The notes below the pieces were generated by a model. The model saw nothing but the letters and a program-made list of their open reading frames with translations, was not told the origin of the DNA and ran no database searches. A DNA stretch of 64,000 nucleotides, from assembly GCA_024635655.1 (NCBI GenBank), contig JAGXIL010000034.1, forward strand, positions 20,882 through 84,881, in the 5' to 3' direction. The translations under genes were made by a program, and so were the position numbers. Source of the stretch: Gillisia sp. GTDB lineage: Bacteria; Bacteroidota; Bacteroidia; Flavobacteriales; Flavobacteriaceae. Shown here one piece after another: positions 39,901 to 49,759 of the stretch. The number at the start of each line of letters is the position of its first letter. Positions within the stretch are counted from its first letter, which is position 1.

Positions 39901-40952
39901 TGTATTAAAATTCTTTGTGCCGAAAATCCCGGGCCAAAACTTAACATTAATCCCTGGTCCCCCTTGGGTATAGATTGTTTAAGAAAACGCTCAAGAACAT
40001 AGAGTACTGTGACGCTGCTCATGTTCCCGTACAAACGCAGTACTTCCCGGGTATCGTCAATATTCTTTCCCAAGGTACCAAAAAGATCAGAAACGGTTTG
40101 AACTATTTTTTTTCCGCCGGGATGAAAAATAAGGTGTTGGACCTGTTCAATGCTGCTGTCATTTTTTTCAAGGAAAGGATGTATTATTTCAGGAAAATGA
40201 TTGGATATGGTAGCAGGGACGGTTTCATCAAGGATCATTTGCAGTCCCTGATTGCTCAAATGAAAACCCATAAGGTGCGTGGCATCAAAAAAGTGATACA
40301 TTTCTTCAGCAATAATTGCAGGGCCTTCATCTTTTTCATCAGAAGAAATTAGAACACAAGCCGCGCCATCGCCAAATATGGCTGCACTCACCATGTTTGC
40401 CATACTGTAATCTTCCAGTTGAAAAGTGGCTGTAGGACTTTCAACGGCTACAACCGCTGCTCTTTTTCCGGGATTAGATTTCAGGAAATTATAGGCGTAT
40501 ATCATTCCTGAAATTCCTGCGGCACATCCCATTTCTGTGACCGGTAAACGGGTAATATTTTGGCTTAGCTCAAGTTCATTGATTAAATAAGCATCCAGGG
40601 AGGGGATCATAATGCCGGTACAGCTCACCGTTATGATATAATCTAAGGAGTTTTTCTCCCAGCCACTTTTTTCAAGTGCATTTTGAAGCACCGTTTTGCC
40701 CAGCTTTTTGACTTCCCGGATATATATGTTGTTCTTATCCTCAAAAGAGGTAGATGTAAAAACTTCTTCGGGTGACATGATGGAGTAACGTTTATCTACT
40801 CCTGCGCCTTCAAAAATTTTCAGGATCTTCCTTCGGAATCTATCATCTTTTTCTTCCAGCCATTCCTCCACCAGCGGCAGTATATCGGCTGTTTCTCTGT
40901 GGTATTCCGGTAATTCTTTCTCAACGTGTATAATTTTCACACTCATAATCAA
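39894..40952 (-). CDS. Type III polyketide synthase
   Basis: MGCAAG (Cys), FHPGG (His), GNMSS (Asn), FGDGA, FGPG. Confidence 0.95.
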   Translation of the reverse strand: MIMSVKIIHVEKELPEYHRETADILPLVEEWLEEKDDRFRRKILKIFEGAGVDKRYSIMSPEEVFTSTSFEDKNNIYIREVKKLGKTVLQNALEKSGWEKNSLDYIITVSCTGIMIPSLDAYLINELELSQNITRLPVTEMGCAAGISGMIYAYNFLKSNPGKRAAVVAVESPTATFQLEDYSMANMVSAAIFGDGAACVLISSDEKDEGPAIIAEEMYHFFDATHLMGFHLSNQGLQMILDETVPATISNHFPEIIHPFLEKNDSSIEQVQHLIFHPGGKKIVQTVSDLFGTLGKNIDDTREVLRLYGNMSSVTVLYVLERFLKQSIPKGDQGLMLSFGPGFSAQRILIQW

Positions 40953-40955
40953 TTT

Positions 40956-41672
40956 TTATTTTTGAATGATCCACTGGTAGCGATAAGCCCATTTCCAGGT
41001 GATATAATGATTTCTAGCCGGTATGTCAGCTGAAAATTCTTTAAGATCCTCTTTTTTAAAGCCCCTTAAAACCGATGTTAGCCCATCATCCCTGGCAATT
41101 TTATTGTTTATAAAAACTTTACAGAAAGCTCTAAATAAATAATATGCCTGCCTGCTGCGATGTAAATCATTTATAACTACACCAATTTTTGCCTGTCTGT
41201 AAAAATTCTGAAGAATTTCCCTAATCTCGGTATCTTTGAAGTGATGCAGGGTTAATGTACATAAAACTATATCAAATTCCTGCTTTTTAAACTCTTCGCT
41301 AAAGATTTTGCTGGAGTAATATGAAATTTCAGGGTAATACTCTGAAAGTCTTTGGGCAATTTTGATAGCATGGGTATTGGCATCAATGCCCGAGAGTTTT
41401 ATAGTGAAATTCTTAGCCCTTCCCCATTCTGCAATTTCCCTTAGGATCGCTCCGTTACCACATCCTACATCTGCAATATGAACAGGTTCGGATTTTGGGT
41501 GGTCTTTTAGTAATTTTTTTATTCCCCGGAGGGTGATTTTATTTCCTCCCAGCCATTTATTGACCTTATCAAGATCTTCCAGGGTTTTTTCCAGCTCTGC
41601 CCCCTGAAGGTCGAAATCATCCATAATTTCGGTGTCATCTGTTCTTCGGGAAGTATCAACTATTGTTTTCAT
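40956..41672 (-). CDS. SAM-dependent methyltransferase
   Basis: EIMDD, DVGCGNG, LTLHHF, NDLHRS, DGLTSVLRGF. Confidence 0.9.
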   Translation of the reverse strand: MKTIVDTSRRTDDTEIMDDFDLQGAELEKTLEDLDKVNKWLGGNKITLRGIKKLLKDHPKSEPVHIADVGCGNGAILREIAEWGRAKNFTIKLSGIDANTHAIKIAQRLSEYYPEISYYSSKIFSEEFKKQEFDIVLCTLTLHHFKDTEIREILQNFYRQAKIGVVINDLHRSRQAYYLFRAFCKVFINNKIARDDGLTSVLRGFKKEDLKEFSADIPARNHYITWKWAYRYQWIIQK

Positions 41673-42793
41673 AAAACCTGATTTCCGTGAGTTCTTTTTA
41701 TAATTCCCGGTAAAAGTGAAGGGAAAACATTTAACGCATTCTGTGAAAATTCTGCCATTCCAGGATTTAGCAGGATCTTTTGAAGGATCCTTCCGGTTTG
41801 CAATCTAGAACGGAATGTTTTATTCCATCTCTTATTATAGACCTCCTCCAGTTTTTTTCGGTTCAAAGACATGGGGTCATAGTGTTCAATAATAGTTTCA
41901 GAAGCAATTTTTGCGCTGTGAATGGCCATAGCCATACCATTACCACATAACGGGTGGATCAAACCTGCAGCATCTCCCAGCATTAAGACATGATCCTGTA
42001 CCCTTGTTTTTTGGTCGAAAGAAATTTGGGCAATGGTTAGATCTTTTGAAAACAATGGTTTGGCTTTTTTGAAAAAGGAATTCAAATGTTTGTTTTTCAT
42101 AAGTACTTCCTGCTTGTAAACATCGGCATTTTTGTGTTTTTTAAAGCTATTATAAGTTGCCAGGTAGCAAACATTTATGGCAGAGGTTTCTGTTTTTGAT
42201 AATCCGCAATACCCACCCTTAAAATTATGCAGGGCTACCAGGTTGTCGGGAAAGGAATCCAATTCATAATGTGCCTTAACAGCGAGCCATCCCGTTTTTT
42301 TCTTAATAAACCCCCTGTTCAGTTTCTTGTCCAGAAGGGAGCGTTTTCCGTAGGCTCCTAAAACTAAAAGGGATTCTGCAACCACACCATTCACTGTTAA
42401 AATTTGGAATCTATTTTCGCTAAAATCTATATCTGTAATATTATCATTAATTACTTCTACTCCCCCCTCCAGCGCTTTTTGATATAAAAAATTGTCAAGT
42501 GCATATCTGCTTATTCCAATTCCTCCCAAGGGAAGTTCTGCTTTTATCACTTTTCCTGAGGGGCTGCTGTAAAGTAGCTGCTCAATGGCCACCGGGTTCA
42601 ACAGATTTAGTGGCGCTCCCAGAGTATTCATATAAGGAAGGATCTCGCGGGATAGATACTCTCCACAAACCTTGTGATTGGGATAGGTATCTTTTTCGAA
42701 AAGTTTAATTTGAAATCCTGCAGAGGCAAGGTGCAAAGAAGCGGTTAACCCGGCGAGGCCTCCGCCAATAATTACAATTTGTTTTTCTTTCAC
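41669..42793 (-). CDS. FAD-dependent oxidoreductase (geranylgeranyl reductase/hydroxylase-like)
   Basis: GGGLAG, KVCGEYLS, GDAAGLIHPLCGNGMAMA. Confidence 0.9.
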   Translation of the reverse strand: MKEKQIVIIGGGLAGLTASLHLASAGFQIKLFEKDTYPNHKVCGEYLSREILPYMNTLGAPLNLLNPVAIEQLLYSSPSGKVIKAELPLGGIGISRYALDNFLYQKALEGGVEVINDNITDIDFSENRFQILTVNGVVAESLLVLGAYGKRSLLDKKLNRGFIKKKTGWLAVKAHYELDSFPDNLVALHNFKGGYCGLSKTETSAINVCYLATYNSFKKHKNADVYKQEVLMKNKHLNSFFKKAKPLFSKDLTIAQISFDQKTRVQDHVLMLGDAAGLIHPLCGNGMAMAIHSAKIASETIIEHYDPMSLNRKKLEEVYNKRWNKTFRSRLQTGRILQKILLNPGMAEFSQNALNVFPSLLPGIIKRTHGNQVL

Positions 42794-42810
42794 TGTTTCA
42801 AGATAATAAA

Positions 42811-42837
42811 AAAACCCGGGGTGTGGCCCCGGGTTTT
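42811..42837 (-). terminator. Intrinsic terminator after the OmpA-family gene
   Basis: AAAACCCGGGG-TGTGG-CCCCGGGTTTT. Confidence 0.8.
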
Positions 42838-42858
42838 AATAATTTGACCTTAAAAGTT

Positions 42859-43557
42859 TTAGTTTTCCTCGGTCGCTTTTTTTGCTTCTTCCTGAAGCTC
42901 TTCATCAGCAACAATAGCTATTTCCACTCTACGGTTCTTAGCTCTGCCTTCAGCAGTCTCATTATCGTATTTAGGCTGAGCTTCACCATACCAATTAGTG
43001 GTAAGACGTCCTTTAGAAACACCATCATTTACCAGATAGTTTGTCACCGCTTGTGCCCTGTTTTTTGAAAGTGTTAAATTATAACTCTCAGCTCCCTGGC
43101 TATCGGTATGTCCTTCAACAAGAATATTTGTATTTGGATACTCCTTAAAAATTCCTGCCAATTTATCCAGAACCTCTTCTGATCTCTGGTTGATATTAAA
43201 TTGTTCAGAGTCGAAGTATACCCCACTTGATTCATCAAAGGTCACGTTTATACCTTCACCAACCCGTTCAACTTCAGCGCCGGGAATTTCCTGTTCTATT
43301 TCCTTAGCCTGTTCATCCATTCGGTTACCAATGTATGCACCGGCAGCTCCACCAACAACTCCACCAATAATGGCACCCAATGCGGTATTACCATCCCCGG
43401 TATTGTTACCAATGACTCCACCGATAACGGCTCCACCGGAACTACCTATTACGGTACCTTTTTGTTTGTTACTTGCATTTCTTGTTGCATCACACCCGTA
43501 TAAAAGTGTAGCTGCTACAAAAAGCATGGCCATAACTTTATTTAGTCCTAATCTCAT
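42859..43557 (-). CDS. OmpA-family lipoprotein with glycine zipper
   Basis: LYGC lipobox, Gly zipper, VEGHTD...N..LS..RA, NRRVE. Confidence 0.93.
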   Translation of the reverse strand: MRLGLNKVMAMLFVAATLLYGCDATRNASNKQKGTVIGSSGGAVIGGVIGNNTGDGNTALGAIIGGVVGGAAGAYIGNRMDEQAKEIEQEIPGAEVERVGEGINVTFDESSGVYFDSEQFNINQRSEEVLDKLAGIFKEYPNTNILVEGHTDSQGAESYNLTLSKNRAQAVTNYLVNDGVSKGRLTTNWYGEAQPKYDNETAEGRAKNRRVEIAIVADEELQEEAKKATEEN

Positions 43558-43569
43558 AATTGTTTTTGT

Positions 43570-44052
43570 TTAAAGTTTAGTAAAATTCATTCTGATCTTG
43601 AAAGGGGAACCTTCAAGGGTTACTGTTTGTTCCCAGGTCATAGAGTTTTCAGACAGTTGCACAAGGTTTATCCTGAAACCCTGGTTTCCTGTAGTAGATC
43701 TGTTTCTTTCATCTGTTGGTTTTAAAAGAAAGTCAAACATTCCTTCAGGAGTGTTTTCCTCATCAATAGACCAGTTGAAGTAATGTTCTCCAGCGTCTGT
43801 ACACTCGGGTCCCTGCAGCATATATGTCCCGGTATTGTTATTGGACACAAAACTCCACATACTACCTCTAAAACAAGAAGCTGAAGCCTCGTTGAATAAG
43901 GTCACATTAAATTCACCCTGGTTGTCTGGATAGGTAATATCATTCAGCACCCAATCTCCTTTAAAAGTTTTGCGAGCTTCTGTAGCTTGTCTTGTGGGGC
44001 CACAGGAGGCAATCAATAAAGCTGCTGTAAGCACTAATAACAATTTTTTCAT
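43570..44052 (-). CDS. Lipocalin-like lipoprotein
   Basis: MKKLLL...IASC lipobox, KGDWVL, beta-rich; ATG 44052. Confidence 0.78.
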   Translation of the reverse strand: MKKLLLVLTAALLIASCGPTRQATEARKTFKGDWVLNDITYPDNQGEFNVTLFNEASASCFRGSMWSFVSNNNTGTYMLQGPECTDAGEHYFNWSIDEENTPEGMFDFLLKPTDERNRSTTGNQGFRINLVQLSENSMTWEQTVTLEGSPFKIRMNFTKL

Positions 44053-44078
44053 GATTTTTATTTTAGGGATTAAATTAA

Positions 44079-44117
44079 AAAATCCAACCAAAAACATGTG
44101 TCCTTTGGTTGGATTTT
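44079..44117 (-). terminator. Terminator after the DUF1328 gene
   Basis: AAAATCCAACCAAA-N11-TTTGGTTGGATTTT. Confidence 0.75.
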
Positions 44118-44126
44118 AACGGCTTT

Positions 44127-44288
44127 TTAGCGTCTGAATAACCTGCTTATCAAAGAAATAACAAGCAATACTATAAAGATGTAAAAAATGATTTTTGCAA
44201 TGTCTGCTGATCCCTCAGCGATACCGCCAAAACCAAAGATGGCAGCCACAATAGCAATGATTAAAAAGATAACAATAAGTCGTATCAT
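44127..44288 (-). CDS. DUF1328 (UPF0391/YtjA-like) small membrane protein, missing from the ORF track
   Basis: Manual translation [53 protein letters not shown] (53 aa). Confidence 0.92.
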   Translation of the reverse strand: MIRLIVIFLIIAIVAAIFGFGGIAEGSADIAKIIFYIFIVLLVISLISRLFRR

Positions 44289-44415
44289 AATATTAGTTTT
44301 TGATTAGCTGAAACTAAATTAGGCTACCTCTTAGCGTTGAACAAAAGATTATTAATAATTTAACAGCGATTTTGTTAAGGAGTCCCAAATTAATTAGGAT
44401 GTTGCTAAAGTTTTA

Positions 44416-46428
44416 TTAATAAGCTAGAAGATATTCAAGTTTTTCTTTTAAGCGCTTCTTGGGCAAATACATCCCTTCCAATTGGTTAGCAAAGGGAATT
44501 GGAGTCTCCAAACTTCCAGCTCTCATCACTGGCGCATCAAGGGATTCAAAACAATTTTCGCTTATCAGAGCCGAGATATCTGATGCAATACTTCCAAAAA
44601 TTGAATCTTCTGTAACCAAAATAACCTTCCCTGTTTTTTTAACAGAAGCGTATATACTTTCTATATCCAGTGGCTGAAGCGTCCTAAGGTCCAGAAGATC
44701 GGCCTCCAGGTCGGGATAATCTTCCAATAACTCCAGTGCCCAATGTACAGCGGCACCATATGAAATGATGCTTACCGTTCGCCCTTCTTTTAATAAAGCC
44801 GCTTTTCCAAAGGGTAAAGTGTAGTAACCGGTTGGAACATCCTGCCTTATGCTTCTGTAGAGGGCTTTATGTTCAAAGAACAGTACAGGGTTAGGATCAT
44901 TAATAGCAGTGTTCAGTAATCCTTTTGCATCGTAGGGAAATGCCGGATAAATTACCTTTAATCCCGGAGTTTTCGTGAACCAGGCCTCATTTGTCTGGCT
45001 GTGAAAGGGCCCTGCCCCTACTCCTGCCCCACAAGGCATCCGCACAACTACATCGGCATTTTCATTCCAGCGGTAATGGGATTTTGCGAGATAATTGACA
45101 ATAGGATTGAATCCGGAACTCACAAAGTCTGCAAACTGCATTTCCACCATAGCCTTCATTCCTTTAATAGAAAGACCCATGGCTGTACCCACCACTCCCG
45201 ATTCACAAATAGGGGTATTTCTTACCCTGTCTTTCCCAAACTCTTCTACAAAACCTTCTGTAATTTTAAAAACTCCTCCGTAGTCTGCAATATCCTGACC
45301 CATAAGAACGAGATTGTCATGACGGCGCATGGATTGTTTTAAACCCTGTGAAATGGCATCAATAAATCGAATATTTTCTGTGTTACTATTATATTCAATG
45401 TGCTCATAATCAAATGATTTATAAACATCATTTAATTCATTTGTTTCAGAAGAATTAATTATTTCTTCATCAAAAGCCAACTGTAGATTTGAGTTTATTT
45501 CAGCAGTGATATCATGGTGTAGTTGCAAATCTGTCTCTTCTGTAAGTATACCTTCCGCCAAAAGAAAAATTCTAAAATTAGAGATTGGATCCTTAGCAGC
45601 CCATTGTTCCATAAGTTCCCGGGGGACATATTTTGTTCCGCTGGCCTCCTCATGGCCCCGCATCCTAAAAGTCAGGAATTCCAGTAGCACCGGCCGGGGA
45701 TTCTGCCGAATGCTTTCAGCTATTTCAGAAACTTTCGAATACACCTCAAGTATGTTATTTCCGTCTATTTTGTGGGCCTCCATTCCGTAACCAATGCCCC
45801 TATCCATAAGATCCCTGCAACGGTATTGTTCATTTACGGGCGTGGAAAGGCCGTAACCGTTGTTTTCAATACAAAACATTACCGGAAGATCCCATACCGA
45901 GGCAATGTTTAGGGCTTCGTGAAAATCTCCTTCACTGGTGCCACCTTCCCCTGTAAAAACGGCTGTTACTTTATTTTCCTGCTTTAGTTTATGAGCCAGG
46001 GCAATCCCATCTGCTACTCCCAGTTGCGGGCCCAGGTGAGAGATCATTCCTATGATTTTATATTCCTGGGTACCAAAATGAAAACTGCGGTCCCTACCCC
46101 TGGTAAAGCCATTTGCTTTTCCCTGCCATTGGGAGAATAATCTGTACAACGGAATATCCCTGGTAGTAAACACTCCCAGGTTCCTGTGCATTGGGAGAAT
46201 GTATTCTTCTTTATCTAAAGCTGCAGTTACTCCAATAGATATAGCTTCCTGGCCAATCCCGCTAAACCACTTAGAAACCTTTCCCTGCCTGAGCAGGATC
46301 AACATCTTCTCTTCAATTAGGCGTGGCTTTAGCATAGCTCGGTAAAGCATCAGCAAGGTTTCATCAGTATACGTGTTTCGGCATTTATTATAATCAATAA
46401 AAGAATTTAATCCAGCCTGAGGTTCCAT
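44416..46428 (-). CDS. Fused 2-oxoacid (probably branched-chain) dehydrogenase E1 alpha/beta
   Basis: GQEA, GEGGTSEGDFHE...NN ThDP motif, RMRGHE, NTPICE, GPFHSQ. ATG 46428 favoured because a -7 box (46447-46454) overlaps TTG 46449. Confidence 0.9.
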   Translation of the reverse strand: MEPQAGLNSFIDYNKCRNTYTDETLLMLYRAMLKPRLIEEKMLILLRQGKVSKWFSGIGQEAISIGVTAALDKEEYILPMHRNLGVFTTRDIPLYRLFSQWQGKANGFTRGRDRSFHFGTQEYKIIGMISHLGPQLGVADGIALAHKLKQENKVTAVFTGEGGTSEGDFHEALNIASVWDLPVMFCIENNGYGLSTPVNEQYRCRDLMDRGIGYGMEAHKIDGNNILEVYSKVSEIAESIRQNPRPVLLEFLTFRMRGHEEASGTKYVPRELMEQWAAKDPISNFRIFLLAEGILTEETDLQLHHDITAEINSNLQLAFDEEIINSSETNELNDVYKSFDYEHIEYNSNTENIRFIDAISQGLKQSMRRHDNLVLMGQDIADYGGVFKITEGFVEEFGKDRVRNTPICESGVVGTAMGLSIKGMKAMVEMQFADFVSSGFNPIVNYLAKSHYRWNENADVVVRMPCGAGVGAGPFHSQTNEAWFTKTPGLKVIYPAFPYDAKGLLNTAINDPNPVLFFEHKALYRSIRQDVPTGYYTLPFGKAALLKEGRTVSIISYGAAVHWALELLEDYPDLEADLLDLRTLQPLDIESIYASVKKTGKVILVTEDSIFGSIASDISALISENCFESLDAPVMRAGSLETPIPFANQLEGMYLPKKRLKEKLEYLLAY

Positions 46429-46512
46429 AATAGTAAAATTATTATCCAAAAGTAACTAATTTAATAGGCTTCTCATAAGTCAAAGAAAAATATAAACTCC
46501 GTTTATTTTATT

Positions 46513-46520
46513 TAACTTTG
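46513..46520 (+). promoter_or_regulatory. -7 promoter element TAnnTTTG
   Basis: TAACTTTG about 28 bp upstream of ATG 46549, divergent from the E1 promoter. Confidence 0.6.
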
Positions 46521-46548
46521 TTCGTTAACTTAGATATAAACACTGGTT

Positions 46549-47505
46549 ATGGCAATGAATAACATCCCAAGCGTAGATCTTTCCGATTTTTTGTCTGATG
46601 ATCCTAAGCGCAAACAACAATTTGTAGAAAAAATAGGTAAAGCCTATGAGGAGATAGGTTTTGTTTCCCTAAAGAACCATTTTTTAAGTGATAATCTTGT
46701 TGAAGAGCTTTATAAGGAAGTAAAAGCTTTTTTTGATCTGCCTGTAGAAGTTAAAAAGAAATATGTGAGAGAAGTTCTGGGAGGTCAAAGTGGTTATATG
46801 TCTTTTGGAAAAGAACACGCTAAAGGAAAAAAAGAGGGGGATCTAAAGGAATTCTGGCATTTTGGCCAGGAACCTTCTGAGGATGCAGCACTTTCAGAAG
46901 AATATCCTCAAAACATACAGGTTGAAGAACTGAAGGATTTTAATCATACCGGAATGGAAGCCTATAGAATGCTCGAAAAAACGGGTATATATGTGCTTCG
47001 TGCCCTCGCACTTTACATTGGGCTGGACGAATTCTATTTTGATAAATGGGCCAGTAATGGCAATAGTATTTTAAGACCTATACATTATCCCCCTATTAAG
47101 GAAGAGCCCAAAGGAGCTGAGCGCGCGGGAGCTCATGGGGATATTAATTTGATCACCTTATTAATGGGTGCGTCTACCGGAGGTTTGCAGGTGCTTAGAA
47201 AAGACGGGCAATGGATAGATGCTATTCCGCAGCAGGATGAACTGGTTATCAATGTTGGTGACATGCTGGAAAGGCTTACTAATAATAAATTAAGATCTAC
47301 AATACACAAGGTAATTAACCCTCCAAGGGAGCAATGGGATAAACCACGGTATTCTATTCCATTTTTTATGCATCCCAGAAGTGAAATGCCCCTTAATTGC
47401 CTGGAAGAATGTATTGATGAAAACCACCCTAAGCAGTATGAGGATATAACGGCGGGAGATTTTTTACATCAACGCCTGGTTGAAATAGGACTTATTAAAA
47501 AATAA
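46549..47505 (+). CDS. 2-oxoglutarate/Fe(II) oxygenase (IPNS-like)
   Basis: HYPP, HGD...H facial triad, NVGDMLE, RYS. Confidence 0.92.
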   Translation: MAMNNIPSVDLSDFLSDDPKRKQQFVEKIGKAYEEIGFVSLKNHFLSDNLVEELYKEVKAFFDLPVEVKKKYVREVLGGQSGYMSFGKEHAKGKKEGDLKEFWHFGQEPSEDAALSEEYPQNIQVEELKDFNHTGMEAYRMLEKTGIYVLRALALYIGLDEFYFDKWASNGNSILRPIHYPPIKEEPKGAERAGAHGDINLITLLMGASTGGLQVLRKDGQWIDAIPQQDELVINVGDMLERLTNNKLRSTIHKVINPPREQWDKPRYSIPFFMHPRSEMPLNCLEECIDENHPKQYEDITAGDFLHQRLVEIGLIKK

Positions 47506-47508
47506 GCT

Positions 47509-47859
47509 ATGGTTAAGAAGAAACTGGGACTTGAAGATCTTGGTGGATTTGTTTTTTCTACCAATGATGACTTCAATACCGAAAATGACAGATCTGCTGT
47601 AGAAACACCACCACCGGGGGACCAACATCTTGAAGCTCATTACAGCTCTAAAGGAAGAGGCGGTAAAATGGTTACGGTGGTTAAGGGGTTTGAAGGAAAA
47701 GATGAAGACCTGGTCGCTTTGGGAAAACAACTCAAAAAGAAATGTGGGGTTGGAGGTTCTGTAAAAGATGGAGAGATTATAATACAGGGAGATGTAAGAG
47801 AGAAGGTGATGCAGTTGCTTAAGGATGAGGGTTACAAAGTAAAAAGAGTCGGAGGTTAG
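47509..47859 (+). CDS. SUI1/YciH translation initiation factor family
   Basis: KGRGGKMVTVV, LKKKCGVGGSVKDGEIIIQGD. Confidence 0.92.
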   Translation: MVKKKLGLEDLGGFVFSTNDDFNTENDRSAVETPPPGDQHLEAHYSSKGRGGKMVTVVKGFEGKDEDLVALGKQLKKKCGVGGSVKDGEIIIQGDVREKVMQLLKDEGYKVKRVGG

Positions 47860-47890
47860 GTTATATAGTTTTAACTAAAAAGGGGAATGT

Positions 47891-48820
47891 ATGCTACAAC
47901 AGTTGCACATTATAAATGGAGACGATCTAGCCAATAATATTAAGGAACTGCAGTTGCCAGGCGAAGTAGTGGTTTGGCGGGAAATGCTGTGTGAGGGTCC
48001 TACCTCCATTCTTTTAGATTCTGATGAATTTTTTGAGATGCGGAAAAAATTCCTGAGCAGCACCTACAAGATTTCTCCCGAAGATTATGAATCTCAGTTC
48101 ATCGAGGAACTGAACAAATTAAGTGCCTGCAACGGCTATGATGAAATTATTTTATGGTTTGAATTTGACCTATTCTCGCATGTGAACATGCTGGCAGTAA
48201 TTAGTCATTTGCTTGAAAACAAAAAGTCAATGCCTATATACCTGGTGTGCAGTAAGAAATTAAAAGAGGAAAAGGAATTTTTTCCTCTTTCTCAACTTCC
48301 GCTTAAAAATCTAAAGAATCATTATGATCAGCGTATTCCCCTGAACGTTGATGATCTTGAAACAGCGAGTTTCATGTGGCAACTTTACAGCGGTAAAGAC
48401 CCCCAAAAATTAATTAAGCAGATCAAGAAAAAAACTAATTTTGAATACCTTTCCAGTTGTATAAGGGCACATGTAGAACGTTTCCCAAATAGTATTACAG
48501 GAATTAATTCCCTGGAGCGAAATGTTTTAAAACTTATAAATACCAACGAAATTGCCAGCCTGAACCAGTTGATGGGTTATGCCCTGAACTACCAGGGGTA
48601 CTTTGGCCTGGGGGACCTCCAGGTCGAGCGGCTTATAGAAAGTCTAAGTATGTTCTATAGTGTTACAGAAGATAAGATAGAATTATCTCCTGCCGGAGTG
48701 GAAGCATTAAATGCTACCAGAAATTTTTACCGGGAATTAAAAAGTGAGGAGTGCCTGGGAGGAGTTAAAAAGTTTGATTATCTCTACGACGCTGAATCAC
48801 ATAAATTACTAAAGTTATAG
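47891..48820 (+). CDS. DUF1835 domain protein
   Basis: LHIINGD, WREMLCEGP, LWFEFDLF, GLGDLQ. Confidence 0.8.
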   Translation: MLQQLHIINGDDLANNIKELQLPGEVVVWREMLCEGPTSILLDSDEFFEMRKKFLSSTYKISPEDYESQFIEELNKLSACNGYDEIILWFEFDLFSHVNMLAVISHLLENKKSMPIYLVCSKKLKEEKEFFPLSQLPLKNLKNHYDQRIPLNVDDLETASFMWQLYSGKDPQKLIKQIKKKTNFEYLSSCIRAHVERFPNSITGINSLERNVLKLINTNEIASLNQLMGYALNYQGYFGLGDLQVERLIESLSMFYSVTEDKIELSPAGVEALNATRNFYRELKSEECLGGVKKFDYLYDAESHKLLKL

Positions 48821-48821
48821 C

Positions 48822-49688
48822 ATGAGTTTAAAGGAATCTGAGTTCATACAAAATGAAGACGGCAGCATATATCATTTAAAATTACATCCCGAACAAATTG
48901 CCAGTACAGTGATCACTGTAGGGGACCCTGAAAGAGTACCTGCAATTGTAAAATATTTTGACTCTATTGAATACAGCGTAAAACGAAGGGAATTTCATAC
49001 CCAAACCGGCATTTATAAAGGAAAACGAATTTCAGTAGTATCAACAGGAATAGGAACGGGTAATATAGACATTGTCTTTAATGAACTGGATGCGCTTGTT
49101 AATATTGATTTCAAGACAAGAAAGGTCAAGAAAAAATTAACCTCCTTAGATATTATAAGAATTGGCACCTCGGGCAGTATTCAAAAGGAAATACCTGTTG
49201 ATTCTTTCCTGGTCTCCCAGGCCGGTATAGGATTAGATTCCATGATACATTTTTACAACACCCGGGACATCCTCGATGTTTCATTTGCTGAAGCATTGAG
49301 GGAACATCTTGGACTTTCTTCAAATATTGGTAATCCCTATGTAGTACCATTTGATGCAGAACTAGCCTCCAGGTTCATCACCGGATATGAAAGAGGTATT
49401 ACCCTAACCAATGGTGGGTTTTATGGTCCGCAGGGACGGGTACTTAGGCTTCCGGTTCAGGATCCATCATTAAATGATAAACTCGCATCTTTTAGATATG
49501 AGGGGCAAAAGATCACTAATCTGGAAATGGAAACTGCAGGTATGTATGGACTGGCAAAGCTGCTGGGCCACAGGACAGTTTCTTTAAATGCTATAATTGC
49601 CAACCGGGCCACAGGAGAATTCAGCGCCAATCCCGCAAAAACTGTAGATCTGCTCATAAAGGATGCGCTGGATCGCATAGTTTCCTGA
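48822..49688 (+). CDS. Nucleoside (uridine) phosphorylase family
   Basis: YHL, VGDPERV, STGIG, IRIGTSG, FYGPQGR, NLEME. Confidence 0.9.
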   Translation: MSLKESEFIQNEDGSIYHLKLHPEQIASTVITVGDPERVPAIVKYFDSIEYSVKRREFHTQTGIYKGKRISVVSTGIGTGNIDIVFNELDALVNIDFKTRKVKKKLTSLDIIRIGTSGSIQKEIPVDSFLVSQAGIGLDSMIHFYNTRDILDVSFAEALREHLGLSSNIGNPYVVPFDAELASRFITGYERGITLTNGGFYGPQGRVLRLPVQDPSLNDKLASFRYEGQKITNLEMETAGMYGLAKLLGHRTVSLNAIIANRATGEFSANPAKTVDLLIKDALDRIVS

Positions 49689-49759
49689 AATATTATTTTA
49701 ACAGAACATTAATTTCCATCCCAACCGTCAGGATGTACTTTTGGGGAATAAATTTAATT

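Noticed and set aside
35353-42793. Flexirubin/aryl-polyene or darAB cluster
   Set aside because: No DarA/DarB, chain-length-factor pairs, ammonia lyase or glycosyl/acyl-transferases; the condensing enzyme is a CHS-like type III PKS.
42823-43068. + strand 81-aa ORF and many similar short antisense ORFs across the window
   Set aside because: They overlap well-supported genes or terminators on the opposite strand; shadow ORFs.
44416-46428. Fused E1 dehydrogenase as part of the PKS cluster (branched starter supply)
   Set aside because: Separated by three unrelated genes and two terminators; a metabolic link is possible but not supported by the sequence.
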